Positions 47,850-60,764 of a stretch of 64,000 nt of DNA are shown here, piece after piece. Both the position numbers and the translations under genes were made by a program. The stretch lies in NCBI RefSeq assembly GCF_032191835.1, contig NC_083233.1, forward strand, positions 9,796,001 through 9,860,000. The letters are read 5' to 3'. The notes beneath the pieces are model-generated. The model had not been told where the DNA came from. It made no database searches and was given only the letters and a program-made list of their open reading frames with translations. This stretch comes from Heteronotia binoei (taxonomy: Eukaryota). Numbering within the stretch: position 1 is the first letter of the stretch; each line of letters opens with the position of its first letter.

Positions 47850-48867
47850 CGTCTGTAGTGCTTCCCCCTTTCCTGCAGACACACTGGTGTTCGAACACAT
47901 GAGGCTGCCATACACTGAACCAGGCCAGTGCTCTGTCAGAGTCTGGTCTTCTCAGACTGGCAGTGGCTCTCCAGGGTCTCAGGAAGAGCTCTTTCACATC
48001 ACCTACTGCTTGATTCTTACTGGAAATGCCAGGATTGAACCTGAGACCTTTTGTGTCCCAAGCAGATACTCTCTGGGGAGGGACGGTGGCTCAGTGGTAG
48101 AGCATCTGCTTGGGAAGCAGAAGGTCCCAGGTTCAACCCCTGGCACCTCCACTAAAAAGGGGTCCAGGCAAATAGGTGTGCAAAACCTCAGCTTGAGACC
48201 CTGGAGAGCCGCTGCCAGTCTGAGAAGACAATACTGACTTTGATAGACCAAAGGTCTGATTCAGTATAAGGCAGCTTCATATGTTCTCCCACTAAGCCGT
48301 GGCCCTTCCTCCTTTAAGCTCTCAAGCACCAACCCAGCAGAGCTTGAAGCACAAAAGAGTTTTATGTTCTGGTCTCTCTTCCAGGTGACTGACAACCCTG
48401 TGTAGCAAACGTATCTCCCCAGTAGCCTGTCTTCTAAGCCGTTTACAGTTAACAGTGGCTCTGTGCGCAGGCAGCTCATTCCAAGCTGTGCCTTGTATTT
48501 CCTGTGTCTCCCACAGTGGGTCAGACACAGCCAGAAAGGGGCTCTTTGACTGTACCAGACAGAATATTTTATAGCGACTGCTCATTGCTGTGGAAAAGGG
48601 TAATATCCTATTGCTGAAAAGCACCACTAACAAGGCTGATCAGAAAAGTGGATCTAAGAATGCCACATAGAAGTAGAAATATATTGTTTCCTCTTGGATA
48701 ATTTTGACGCAGGAAGCCCTGCTAAATGGTTTCTGCAACTAAGCGGAGTTCTGAAAAATGGGCCTTTTTAAAAAGCAGGTGCACAAGAAAGAGAGAGCAC
48801 CCCAGAACCTTGGATGGGAATGAATTGCAGCTGAGACTGCAATATCCCTGCAAATTCTGAGCTTAAC

Positions 48868-49790
48868 TATGTTATGGAATCAGAGTTGGAAGGGACCTCT
48901 AGGGTCATCTAGTCCAACCCCCTGCACAATGCAGGAAACTCACAAATACCTTCCCCTAAATTCACAATATCTTCATTGCTGTCATATGGCCATCCAGCCT
49001 CTGTTTAAAAAGCTACAAGGAAGGAGAGCCCACCACCTCCCAAGGAAACCTGTTCCACTGAGGAATCGATCTAATGGTCAGGAAGTTCTTTCTAATGTTT
49101 AGCCGGAAACGCTTTTGATTTAATTTCAACCCATTGGTTCTGGTCCTACCTTCTGGGGCCACAGAAAACAATTCCACACCATCCTCTATATGACAGCCCT
49201 TCAAGTACTTGAAGATGGTGATCCTATCACCTCTCAGCCGCTGCCTCTCCAGGCTAAACATCCCCAGCTCCTTCAACCTTTCCTCATAGGACTTGGTTTC
49301 CAGACCCCTCATCTTTGTCGCCCTCCTCTGGACCCGTTCCAGCTTGTCTATATTCTTCTTAAAATGTGGTGCCCAAAACTGAACACAATACTCCAGGTGA
49401 GGTCTTACCAGAGCAGAGTAAAGCGATACCATCACATCACATGATCTGGACACTATACTTCTGTTGATACAGCCCAAAATTGCATTTGCCTTTAGCCACC
49501 GCATCACACTGTTGACTCATGTTCAGCGTATGATCCACTAAGACCCCTAGATCCTTTCCGCACATACTACTGCTAAGACAAGTCTCCCCCATCCTATAAC
49601 CATGCATTGGATTTTTCCTACCTAAATGCAGAACTTTACATTTATCCCTGTTAATATCCATTTTATTGATTTTAGCCCAGTTTTCCAGCCTGTCAAGGTC
49701 ATCCTGTATCCTCTTTCTGTCTTCTACTGTATTTGCAACCCATTCCGATTTAGTATCATCTGCAAATTTAATAAGCATTCCCTCTATGTC
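48868..49790 (-). mobile_element. CR1 LINE 3' portion
   Basis: ORFs 49437..49778 (KFADDTK..DDLDRLENW) and 49013..49507 ([17 protein letters not shown]). Confidence 0.92.
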
Positions 49791-51109
49791 CTCTCCTGTA
49801 GTTGTGTGCTGAGACCTTTGAGCTTAGACCTTAATTCCTAGCCAACCTGCAGGTGGGGGCAGGAGATCTCCTGGGATTGTGACTGATCTCCAGGCAACAG
49901 AGATCTGTTCACCTGGAGAAAATACGAAGGTGGGCTCTCTAGCATTGGCACCCCATTGAAGTCCCTCCCTTCCCCAAACCCCACCCTCCTCCACCCTCAA
50001 ATCTCCAGGTATTTCCCAAACTGGAGCTGGCAACCCTAGATGCAGAGCTTCAATGTGGCCTGGGGAAAGGGATTTGTATTCTAGGAGAACTGGGTTTGAT
50101 TCCCCACTCCTCCTTCACATGAAATCTGCTGATGCGACCTTGGGTCAGTCACAGTTCTGGCAGAGCTGTTGTCTCAAGAGCAGTTCTCAAAAGAGCGCTC
50201 TCAGCCCCACCTTTCTCACAGGGTGTCTGTTGTGGGGAGAGGAAGGGAAGGAGATTGTAAGTCTCTCTGAGATTCTGGGTGGAGGATAAATCCAACTTCC
50301 TCTTCTCCACCTCCCCTTCCTCTTCTCTTCCTGCATTACTTTCCAGAACAAATGACCCCAGGCAACCAGTTTGCCCTACTTGGGATACTGATGTGTAAGC
50401 TTTTGTGACCCTGTGGGTACCTTTGGCATTCTTACACGGGATGGTGGGCACAGCCACAAAATGGCTGCCATACACACACCTAGACAGGGTTGCTAGCTTC
50501 AGGTTGGGAAATACTTGAAGATCTGAGGGATGGAGCCTGGGGGGGGGGGGGAGGTGAGGTTTGGGGAGGGAAGGGACCTCAGGAGGGTAGAATGCCTCCA
50601 AAACAGCCATTTTTCTCCAGGGGAACTTGTTTGTCTGGAGATCAATGCTAATAGGGGGAGTTCTCCAGGTGCCACCCAAACACTGGCAACCCCCTATATC
50701 CATAAGTAGTTTGTGTGTCGGGGAAAAGAGGGGTAATTTTTAAAAAAAGCACTGGGAAAGAGAAGTGAGAGAGAATAAAACTGATACTAACATAAGCTGC
50801 CACCTCAGCAGTGACATTTTAATCAGCACCCCAATCAGATCTCCAGTGCCCTATCAGAAGTTGTGCCAGGCAAGAGCTCCACCTACTTCCAGAAAACACT
50901 TGGTGGACACCAGCTAAGGTGTCTGGATGCTGTGGATGCTGCCACTGCAAGCACCATGGTGGGGACCCTGATGTAGACTATTAGTACACAAGTACCTCGC
51001 AAACATGCATAGCTTAAAAAAAAATAGCCCCCAACTGCAGAGTCTGTAGTTTTGGTTCTGTTCATGCAAGGGCTACAGTTAGGATTGCCACATTGCCCCT
51101 AGCCACCGG

Positions 51110-51908
51110 TGTTACACCTCAACTAACCTTTTATTGGGCAATATTAATATTTCTTAGCTCAAAATGGTGAGTCTACGAGAGGTGAGGTGAGCAAGGATCT
51201 CCGTCAATGTTTATGGAGATAGACCCCTGAAAATCCTTTGGTTAAATAATGGATTTTATTATAGGTATTGGTTTTCAAATAGTTACATCCCAATCAAACA
51301 ATTTCAAGCATACAAGAGGAATACAGTGGTTAGCTGAATAAGTGTGGATGAGGGAGAGGTGATACAATACCTAGATCTTGCAGAGTAGGCTCAGTCAGAG
51401 GAAACACAAGGCCTCTGGAAGGAGATTTCTCTTGAGAAGAAGGCGGGGTGAAGGCAGGAAGGGATGGAGGGAGGAGAGGATGGAGAAATCTAATCCTGAC
51501 AGGTAGGATTGCCTGTTTTCTAGGGTAAATTACGTCACATCAAGCGATTCAATTACCCAATGAGGAAGCAGAGTGTCACACCAATGGAAAATTGGAGTGT
51601 CATATGTTGACTATTCAATCAGAGATCATTGTATCATAAACCCATACCCCAATAGAGGAATTTTAATTACACTGACCAAATGACTTTTTATGGCCCGGTT
51701 TTTCCAAACTGATTCCTTTGAAGCTCCCCAAAAGCGATAGATTTCTCCCTTAACATCAAACATGAATAGGCATCCTTCAAGTGTTCAGGAGATTGGTTGG
51801 CTTTGATAGCCTTAGCAGTAATTGAAGAAAAATAAAAATTTTGTTAAAAGTTAGATTCCCTGGCAGAAATGTGAGACCAGTTTACAGGTATATCACACAT
51901 TCACAACA
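51110..51908 (-). mobile_element. Possible solo LTR (about 800 bp)
   Basis: TG...CA termini (tgttac...cacaaca) and a minus-strand AATAAA. No TSD found. Confidence 0.4.
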
Positions 51909-54900
51909 AGATGGCCACTTAACCTTTAGCCTTTGTGTTTCTGCTGTCTTGCCCTGAAGAATAACAGAACATATATATACAAACCATTTGTTTGTGTTGC
52001 AGGGGTTCTGGTAACCCTTATATTGTTTTTATGTTTTGATAACAGGACGTCAAAGGTTTCCAAAAGAAGTGAAGGAACTTTTACAGCTCTGCCCCTCTCT
52101 GGGCCTGGAATTCTTCATTTCCAGGAGCAGGAAGTTGGATGTTCTTTAGCCTTCCAGCACATCCACCACGTTTGCCCATTCTGTGAGCCAGACTTGGCAT
52201 CATGCCAGCCTGCTTGGAGCATAGAAGGAATTGGATTTGTCTCCCTTATGTGCAAGAAAGACCATTCCAATTCAAATGGGCATTGCTGTGTCATTCTATT
52301 CTAGGGTTACATTGCAATATCACATTCCAGGGGTGCATGGCTTGGGAATCAGTACAGGGGTGTCTTTCTGGATATCAGTTTCCCCCTTGAAAAATGGAGG
52401 CAAACTCTCAGTGAGACTTTTTTTTCACACCAAGGTACAACCATTCACACAACAAAATGGGATTCAGCAAAAGAAATACAGAGATATATTTACATTGATA
52501 CAGTTTCCTCTTGTGTTTTAGCTAGATACCAGATCCAGGCTGGGAAACTCCAGGGGAACTGATCTCTCTAGTCGGGTTATGAGCTGTAATTCCAGAGGAT
52601 CCCCAGGCCCTGCCTAGAGGTTGGCACCACCAGATGTTCTTGAGATCTGACCATCTGCTATTAAAGCCAGGGTGCACTGATGCTCTTCTCTCTTAACAAT
52701 AATGTTCTGAGGGTAGGGGACTGACGGCAGCCAGGTGGGAGCTCAGCCACACAGTTTTGCCTATTTGGTTTTCAAACAGTGGCGTCTGCTTGTTCCTTAA
52801 TACTTCTGCGGGGCTGATCTGTTATAAGAGAGGGTGGTTAACAAAACCAAACCAAACAGAAACTCTCCATCCAGAGAGGACCTTTAACCACAACTCTCAG
52901 CTTTCCTTACGAGTTAATGCTGGCTCATCTCATTTTGTCAAGTTTATCTTTGAATTATGATTTTAATACCTTGGTCTGACTAAGATCTGCTGCTGCCTGC
53001 GGGGGGTGGGGCTAGGCTTCCGAGGAAGACATCGTCGGGCTTCTTTCCCCGTTGGCATGCCGTCTGCCGTGATGCCAAGGCAGCAGCACACTTGGCCGGA
53101 AGGATTTGATCCATGGGGCACAATCTACCGGGGAGTTCTCGTGTATAATGGCCATGGGAATAAACTGGGCCTACCGGGGCACACAACAGCTGTCCAGTGT
53201 TGCTGTTTTTTAAACAATTCTAAGGCTGGCAAGTAGTCCGTGTTGTCTTATATGCCAAAGGAGGAGTGCTGCCCCTTTGGACTCCTATATTTACAGCACA
53301 CCTGTGGGGAGCAGAAAAATAAGTGGAAACTCAGCTACATTTTTCACACTCCTCTGGCTAGAAAGTAAGATTCAATCGCTGTTGCAAGGATGAATTTGTA
53401 ATTACATGAAGTGCCCTGAAAGGATGTTTTCCAGGTGGACCAAGCAAGGTGTTAATTGCAGGTGGGCATCATGCTGTGCTCAGGCCATCTGCATTCAAGC
53501 ACCGGCGTGAAAGATTCCGCTTGATCTGCCCCGCAGAAGACTAGCTTAGGGTGACCGACAGGTCTGGAGAAGAATGTCCTGGCCCTTTCATTGAGGCTTG
53601 ATATTTGACAATGGGCAGCTGAAGCTTTTCACAGCAGGGAGGTAATAAATATCAGCTGGTCAATAGCATCCCATCCATCCTCTATTAAAGGGACACAACC
53701 CCCCCCCTGCTGGGGGTAGGGTAGTGAGGTACAGTGCCATAGAGCTCGCCCTCCAGAGCATCCAGTTTCTCCAGGGGAACTGAGCTCTGGAGATAAGCTG
53801 TAATTCTGGGGGCTGCCCGGTTAAACCTGGATAGGGTTACCAGGTCTGGGTTGGGAAATACCTGGAGATTTGTGGGGATGAAGCCTGAGAAGGGGAAGGG
53901 CATCAGTGGGGTATAATGGCATAGAGTCTGCCTTCCAAAGCAGCCATTTTCTCAGGTTGAACCAATCTCTGTTGCCTGGAGATCAACTGCAATCCCCGGA
54001 GATTTCCTCTCCTGGGATCGGCAGCCTTCAGCCTGCAGGCTGGCATCCCTGTCTCCTTGCTGCCTGACCCCACCCCTGGGATTCCTCCCCACTCCTCTTG
54101 AGGAGGGTCTGAAGGCCAGCGATGTGAAGGGCAGATAATTACTTGTCAGAAAGGTTAATCAGTGAGTTCATTACCATAGCAGGAGATGGACTTTCTTGTT
54201 CCCCTGTCCGATTCTAGAGCTCTGTGAAACTGTGATTCTATTTGTATGATAATATATCCAATTTCAGGCTGGAATGGCTCAGAAATAGACATGGGCTTAT
54301 TATCGAACAATGCTTTCAGGAACGCAGCTCTGGGAGTGCTGTCCTGCTGCAACAGGGAGTCAAGAAATCAGGGATAAAGATCTGTCTTGATACTGTTCTA
54401 CAGTGTAAATTTGGAGAGGGCCCAAACAACCCCAATTCCTGTTTTCTTATGCTGTTAGCAAGAGCAGTCCGAGCTTCTTCACAAGAGGTCATTTGGCAAC
54501 TGATGCCAAACTGGAAAATTAGAACGGGACTTAATTAGAACTAGAAAATCAGAATTGATGTGGAAAATAAGAATGAAGAAACCAGAGAAAGCTGCTCATC
54601 CGTCATCTGGAAAGTTTGTTCCTGAGTTGGGCCACTCCAGTCTAAAAGGACCTCTGCCTGAGACCCTGGAAAGCCTTTGCCAGTCTGAGGAGACAACACT
54701 GATGGGATGGGCCAAGGGGCCAATCAGCAGAAGACAGCAGCTTCTTATGTGGCCATCTGTGGTACAGGGGAGAATGCCATGAGGCAGCATTTCCTCGATA
54801 GGGCTGTAAACCACCAGACAGGACCTCAGTATCTCCTGGAATTACAGCTGGCAGAGCTCAGTTCCTCTGGAGTGAACGGCTGCTTTGGAGGGTGGACTGT

Positions 54901-55256
54901 ATAGGATGGGACCTTGCCAAGGACCCCCTCTCCAGGTGCCACCTGCAAATCTCCCAAGAATTTCCCAATCCAGAGTTGACAACTCTGTTCTTCCTGAAAT
55001 ACAGGCCTTGAATTCAGTAGGAGCTTATAGGAGCACAGCTCCTGAACCTTTTGACGGCCCCCCTCCTCCTCCCCACCTTGTCCATTGATTAGTATGTGTA
55101 TCTGCATATCAATCCCTGGATGAGCTCCAGCACCTATTTTTCTACAAAATGACCCTTGCTCAAGAATATCTCAATAGCATGCCAAGAGAGGCTAAGCTAA
55201 CATCTTGCTTTCTGTCTGCACAGAATTACAGTCCTTAACTGGGTTCAGGTGGGTGG

Positions 55257-55681
55257 TGTCAAGACGTGGAACTTCAAACAGAGACGGATCATAATGTAGC
55301 AAAATTAGTCCATTTATTTGAGAACGTACAGTCTAGCAAAGTAGCAAGTTGAGTTTGTGCATTTCAGAGAGGGGAAACAATACAGCATTCTCACATGCTT
55401 GGAGACAGTCGGCGCTTCCCATACTTTCTTATCTCTCTCCCAGGAAGCTACCCACTAGTTACCTTGAATATGCTAACTTCAAAGGACCAGATGGCTTTTA
55501 GGCCTAGTGCGAAATTCTTCTCCTTGCAGTTAGGAATTGCCTTGGGGAAAAATGCATATTGCTGTTCTCACGGTTAGTAGAAGCAGGGAACACAGCATAG
55601 CAGAATACAATATGGGGTTAGTCATGTCAAGTAGCTACACTCTACCAGTTACAGTACTACAGCTAAGTTACATGTCTGACA
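55257..55681 (-). mobile_element. Solo LTR
   Basis: TGTCA...TGACA termini with TSD GGTGG/GGTAG (4/5). It splits a Penelope-type terminal fragment whose halves rejoin. Confidence 0.8.
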
Positions 55682-56349
55682 GGTAGTTGTGTCGGGCTAA
55701 AGCAGCAGAACAAAGTTGGAGTCCAGGGGCACCCTGAAGACCAACAAAGTTTTATTCAAGGCATGAGCTTTCTTGTGCACAAACACTGCTTCAGATACGC
55801 ACTGTATCCGAAGAAGGGTGTATGCATACAAAAGTGTATACCTTGAATAAAACTTTGTTGGTCTTCAAGGTGCCCCTGGACTTAGTCCAGAAATAGTTAC
55901 ACTATGCAACAAGGTTTTTTTGGGGGTGGGGTGGGTTTAGACATGGCTATATGAGGTCTCCCCTGGCCACAAGCAGGGGATGGGCGGCAGGGTTGCTAGT
56001 TCCAGGTTGGGAAACTCCAGATTTGGGGGTGGAGCCTGGGGAGGAAAGAGACCTCAGTGGGGTAGAATGCCACAGAGTCCACTCTCCAAAGCAGCCATCT
56101 TCTCCAGGGGAACTGATCTCTGTATCTTGAGATTAGCTGCAATTCCAGGGGATCCCCAGGTCCCACCTGCAAGCTGAGATCCCACCATGAAGGGATGTTT
56201 TATGTACTTTCTTTTTTTAAACCCTTTTCATACTGCTGCTCAGTGAAAAAGTTCCTGAGGTGATGTAAGCAGCTGGGCTGCCATTGGAGATGAAGGTCAA
56301 GAAGGTTTGCCCAAATATTGTAGGTGTGATAAATAAGGAAAAAACAGGG

Positions 56350-56865
56350 GGGGGGGGACACTGGAAAAAGTGCAGAAAAGGGCAACTAGAATGATTAAAG
56401 GTTTGGAACACTTTCCCTATGAAGAATGGTTAAAACGCTTGGGGCTCTTTAGCTTGGAGAAACGTCGACTGCGGGGTGACATGATAAGAGGTTTACAAGA
56501 TAATGCATGGGACGGAGAAAGTAGAGAAAGAAGTCCTTTTCTCCCTTTCTCACAATACAAGAACTCGTGGGCATTCAATGAAATTGCTGAGCAGTCAGGT
56601 TAAAACGGATAAAAGGAAGTACTTCTCCACCCAAAGGGTGATTACCATGTGGAATTCACTGCCACAGGAGGTGGTGGCAGCTACAAGCATAGCCAGCTTT
56701 AAGAAGGGATTGGATAAAAATATGGAGCAGAGGTCCATCAGTGGCTATTAGCCACAGAGTGTGTGTGTGTGTGTGTGTATACACACATATATTGGCCACT
56801 GTGTGACACAGAGTGTTGGACTGGATGGACCATTGACCTGATCCAACATGGCTTCTCTTATGTTC
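56350..56865 (+). mobile_element. CR1 LINE 3' end
   Basis: [31 protein letters not shown]. Same subfamily as 249-800, with an internal (TG)n. Confidence 0.9.
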
Positions 56866-57289
56866 TTATGTAGTGTAAAAGTCAAGTGGAAAACCAAAAC
56901 CTCTGTTCAGACCACTACACAAAACCACTCAATGCACTCAAGACGCATTAAAACAAAACAGTTTATGTCTCTCATCTATAAACTCATATCAATATGCAAC
57001 ATACAATATTCACATATGCCCAAAGCAGAAAGGTGTGTCAAATCAATCATTAGAAGTCCCAAAGTACAAGTTCCTAAATATGCAAGTCTCACTCCTGCTA
57101 CAGTAATTTCCTCTTCAGTCGGGATGTATTTTCCAAAGTTCCTTAAGGAGTGGACCAGTGATCATATAATGGAGGCGTTTCGAAAAGCCAAAGAAGGACA
57201 GGTTTCCAGGTATAGTATCGCATTTTTAATGGTTCTTTATCCAAACTGTATTGGCTTCTAAGTGGGACCCAATCACAACAATATGACAA

Positions 57290-58530
57290 CAGTTTATACT
57301 ATTGGGTTCAATAGGTCCTGACCACTCTTTCTTCCACAGTATGAAGGGGAAGCTGCTTTTTCTCTGGATGGATGAAGTTCCTCCTGCTGCTGCTGCAGGA
57401 TCTGGATTGAGTCGAGGGCTTCATCCTTCCTCAGTGGCCTCCCTGCCACTGGTTCCGTCTCCTCATCCCCGCTGTCTTGGGAGGTTTCTTTCCAGTAACC
57501 TCAAATCAGATGGGGAGTTTCTCTCTCAATTTTCCCTTTCGAGTGACTGGCCTACAAGAACGTGTGTCCCTTCGCACAAGTGGTCCCCCCCACCATGTTC
57601 TTTTATCATGAACCCAAATAATCTCTCTGGGCTCTTATGGTCAAGCCCCATGACATAGGTCACAATCCCTCCTTCCTCTCCCCCTCTCTGTGGCTGGCCC
57701 ACTTAATCTGTTCCTCGGGGTTTATTTGCTGAGGGAGGAGCTGAGGAGAGCCCGTTGGCAGGGCTGTCTGAATACGACAGTCCAGGAGCCATTTTGAGAG
57801 AGGGGAAATTCTCTATCTTCCATCACATCAGCCCTTTCTCTATGGATGTGCATTCTCCTCAAATGGTGCCTTGGGACTTCTGCTACTTTCTGTTGGATGC
57901 TGGGAATATAGTCTATAAATTCTTGTATCCCCCATTCCCACATTCTTCCAAAACATTGCAGGCAGTGTGGGGTCATCCAGTCTTTAGTAAGGGAGACAGG
58001 GATTGAGGGTTGATGGTCTACTCCTCTCATACAACCTAAGCCAATGAAAGTCTTGGAGACGTTCACATGATACCTATGATACCCATAGCTTCTTTTGCAA
58101 TCAGATGCTCACAATGTTCTTTCTTTTCTTTTTTACTGTTAAGGCTGACATGTGTTGCGAAACCTATCTTTGTCTTGTGTGATGCTGTTTCATTGTTAGG
58201 CCGGTTACAAAGGACACCTTGAATGCCTTGAGGAAGCAAAGTCATTCCCTTTTGGAAGCCTTTGGGTGTGGAAAAGATCTCAAAGCAAAGTCTTTTCAAG
58301 CAATATCTCTCCATTAGCCGTGTGGACTTATCTGTGCAAGGCATTGTCCCAATCTGCTGTTAGCATTGCATTTGGAGAAGAATTTGGCTTTGCTCAGCCA
58401 TCCCAATGTGTGTTCCACTGCTGGCATTGGGTGCTGTTCTTTTCCCACACTTCTACTTAGCTGGGCCAGATCAGCATAGATCCTTACATCACCATTTGGC
58501 TTCCTGGTAATACTAACCACAGGGGCACAT
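57290..58530 (-). mobile_element. Heavily deleted Gypsy remnant (RT/RNase H fragments, PPT, LTR)
   Basis: KPNGDVRIYADLAQLSRSVGKEQHPMP..LSKAKFFSK (58314..58520) and RYCLKRLCFEI..AKEAMGII (58063..58344). Minus-strand purine tract at about 57665-57690 precedes TGTGAC. Confidence 0.7.
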
Positions 58531-59222
58531 CAATGACCCTCAAGGAGGGGTTTTTCAGGCTATAGGGGAGGGACTGACCAGGTAATAAGAGAAATTGAAA
58601 AAAGGAAAATAAGGACTAAAGAGCACACGGGGGAGGGGGTTGTTAGAACTAAGAACCTAATGATTACTAAGAGCCAGCATGGTTTTCTCAAGAACAAGTC
58701 ATGTCAGACTAACCTGATCTCTTTTTTTGAGAAATCTTGCTGGATTGGGGAAATGCTGTAGACATCGTTTATCTTGATTTCAGTAAGGCTTCTGATAAGG
58801 TTCCACATACTATCCTTGTTGACAAGTTGGTAAAATATGGTTTGGATCCTGTTACCGTTAGGTGGGTCTATAACTGGTTGACAGATCGCACCCAAAGAGA
58901 GCTTGTGAATGGTTCCTCATCCTCTTGGAGAGGAGTGACAAGTGGAGTGCCTCAGGGATCTGTCCTGGGACCTGTTTTGTTCAACATCTTTATCAATTAT
59001 TTGGATGAAGGAATAGAGGGAATGCTTATTAAATTTGCAGATGACACTAAATTGGGAGGGGCTGCAAACACAGAAGAAGACAGAAACAGGATACAGGATG
59101 ACCTTGACAGGCTGGAAAACTGGGCTAAAACCAATAAAATGAATTTTAACAGGGAGAAATGTAAAGTTCTGCATTTAGGTAGGAAAAATCCAATGCATGG
59201 TTATAGAATGGGGGAGACTTAT

Positions 59223-59622
59223 TGTCAACCATCTTGTTTCTTTCTTGGTATAGCTGTATTGTTAACTGTTATTCTAATGTATTGCACATTAAAGCCATGT
59301 AACCTCTTTCTTAGTTCTCACTAGCAGCAAAAGCAGGAATGCCCTCTTTGAAGATAAGGCCTCCTAGGACACTTTCCCAGGCTGAACCTGGACCCAGGAT
59401 GTTGCTAAACCGCAAGAATAGATAAAGTAGCCAGCGTGTTAATTTCACACGCCTGTGTAAGAATTCCTAAGATACCTTTGATGTGCCCCCTTAAAGATAG
59501 TATTCTATAGTTACACTGTATCACTTCCAATCTGGTGCCTACCCGAGCACAACGAATTATCAATAAACCAAGACTTTGTTTCAAAATCATTGACTGGTTA
59601 TTTTGAGATCTGATGCTTGACA
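59223..59622 (+). mobile_element. Solo LTR nested in CR1
   Basis: TGTCAA...TTGACA termini, perfect 5-bp TSD CTTAT, AATAAA near the 3' end. Confidence 0.9.
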
Positions 59623-59645
59623 CTTATCTTAGCAGTACTATGTGC

Positions 59646-60085
59646 AATAATAATAATAATAATAATAATATAAATTTTATTTGTATCCCGCCCTCCCCAC
59701 CGAGGCAGGCTCAGGGCGGCTAACAACATTTCATAAAACATACAATAATAGATAAAAACCTTAATTTAACGATATAAAACTTTACATTTAACAGCATTAA
59801 AAACCCGTTAATACACTTAACAGCATTAAAAACCAGTTAATACACTCAAAATAACTTAGTCTGACAGTGCCGATAGTGTTTGATGCTAATTCTGTCAGTT
59901 CCTATGATCTATACAGTTTACACAGCGGTATAGTCTTTAGTTAGATCCTTGGTTAACAGCTTTCTTCAGCAGTCCGAATATGCAAGTTTAAAGAGGATAG
60001 TCTTGCAGGCCCTGCGGAACTGGTCAAGGTTCCGCAGGGCCCGCACCTCCTCAGGGAGCTGGTTCCAAAGGGCAGGGGCCGCGAT
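59646..60085 (-). mobile_element. LINE (probably L2) 3' end with a (TTA)n tail, nested in CR1
   Basis: (AAT)n then tttatttgtatcccgccctccc...ggctcagggcggctaac on +. The CR1 frame resumes right after it. Confidence 0.6.
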
Positions 60086-60764
60086 TGAAAAGGATCTAGG
60101 GGTCTTAGTGGATCATATGCTGAACATGAGTCAATAGTGTGATGCAGTCGCTAAAAAGGCAAATGCAATTTTGGGCTGTATCAACAGAAGTATAGTGTCC
60201 AGATCATGTGATGTGATGGTATCGCTTTACTCTGCTCTGGTAAGACCTCATCTGGAGTATTGTGTTCAGTTTTGGGCACCACATTTTAAGAAGGAGATAG
60301 ACAAACTGGAACAGGTCCAGAGGAGGGTGATGAAGATGGTGAGGGATCTGAAGACCAAGTCCTATGAGGAATTGAAGGAGCTGGGGATGTTTAGCCTGGA
60401 GAGGAGGCGGCTGAGAGGTGATATGATCACCATCTTCAAGTACTTGAAGGGCTGCCATATAGAGGATGGTGTGGAATTGTTTTCTGTGGCCCTGGAAGGT
60501 AGGACCAGAACCAGTGGATTGAAATTAAATCAAAAGAGTTTCCGGCTCAACATTAGGAAGAACTTTCTGACCGTTAGAGCAATTCCTCGGGAGGTGGTGG
60601 GCTCTCCTTCCTTGGAGGCTTTTAAACAGAGGCTAGATGGCCATCTGACAGCAATGAAGATCCTCTGGATTTAGGGGGAGATGTTTCTGAGTTTTCTGCA
60701 TTGTGCAGGGGGTTGGACTAGAGGACCCTAGAGGTCCCTTCCAACTCTATGATTCTATGAAGAA

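Larger units (their letters stand above)
58650..60760 (+). mobile_element. CR1 LINE 3' portion carrying two nested insertions
   Basis: ORF 58737..59324 (VPQGSVLGPVLFNIFIN..KFADDTKL) resumes after 59627 and after about 60087, then continues to the CR1 tail (ORF 60171..60674). Confidence 0.9.

Noticed and set aside
15948-48285. tRNA-like sequences with A/B boxes (ggtggctcagtggtagagc...ggttcaatccc; ggtgtagtggttaag...gggtttgattcccc)
   Set aside because: They are heads of multicopy SINEs followed by SINE bodies and tails, without a complete cloverleaf.
50880-50990. Exon-like minus-strand segment and a + strand GCCGCCHC peptide
   Set aside because: No recognisable protein family and no partner exons.
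51933-52304. ORF with a phase-1 acceptor at 52002 and a short hydrophobic run (GVLVTLILFLCF) as exon 2 for the 47.6-kb remnant
   Set aside because: The hydrophobic run is too short for a TM, overlaps a T-rich tract and shows no tail similarity to the paralogs.
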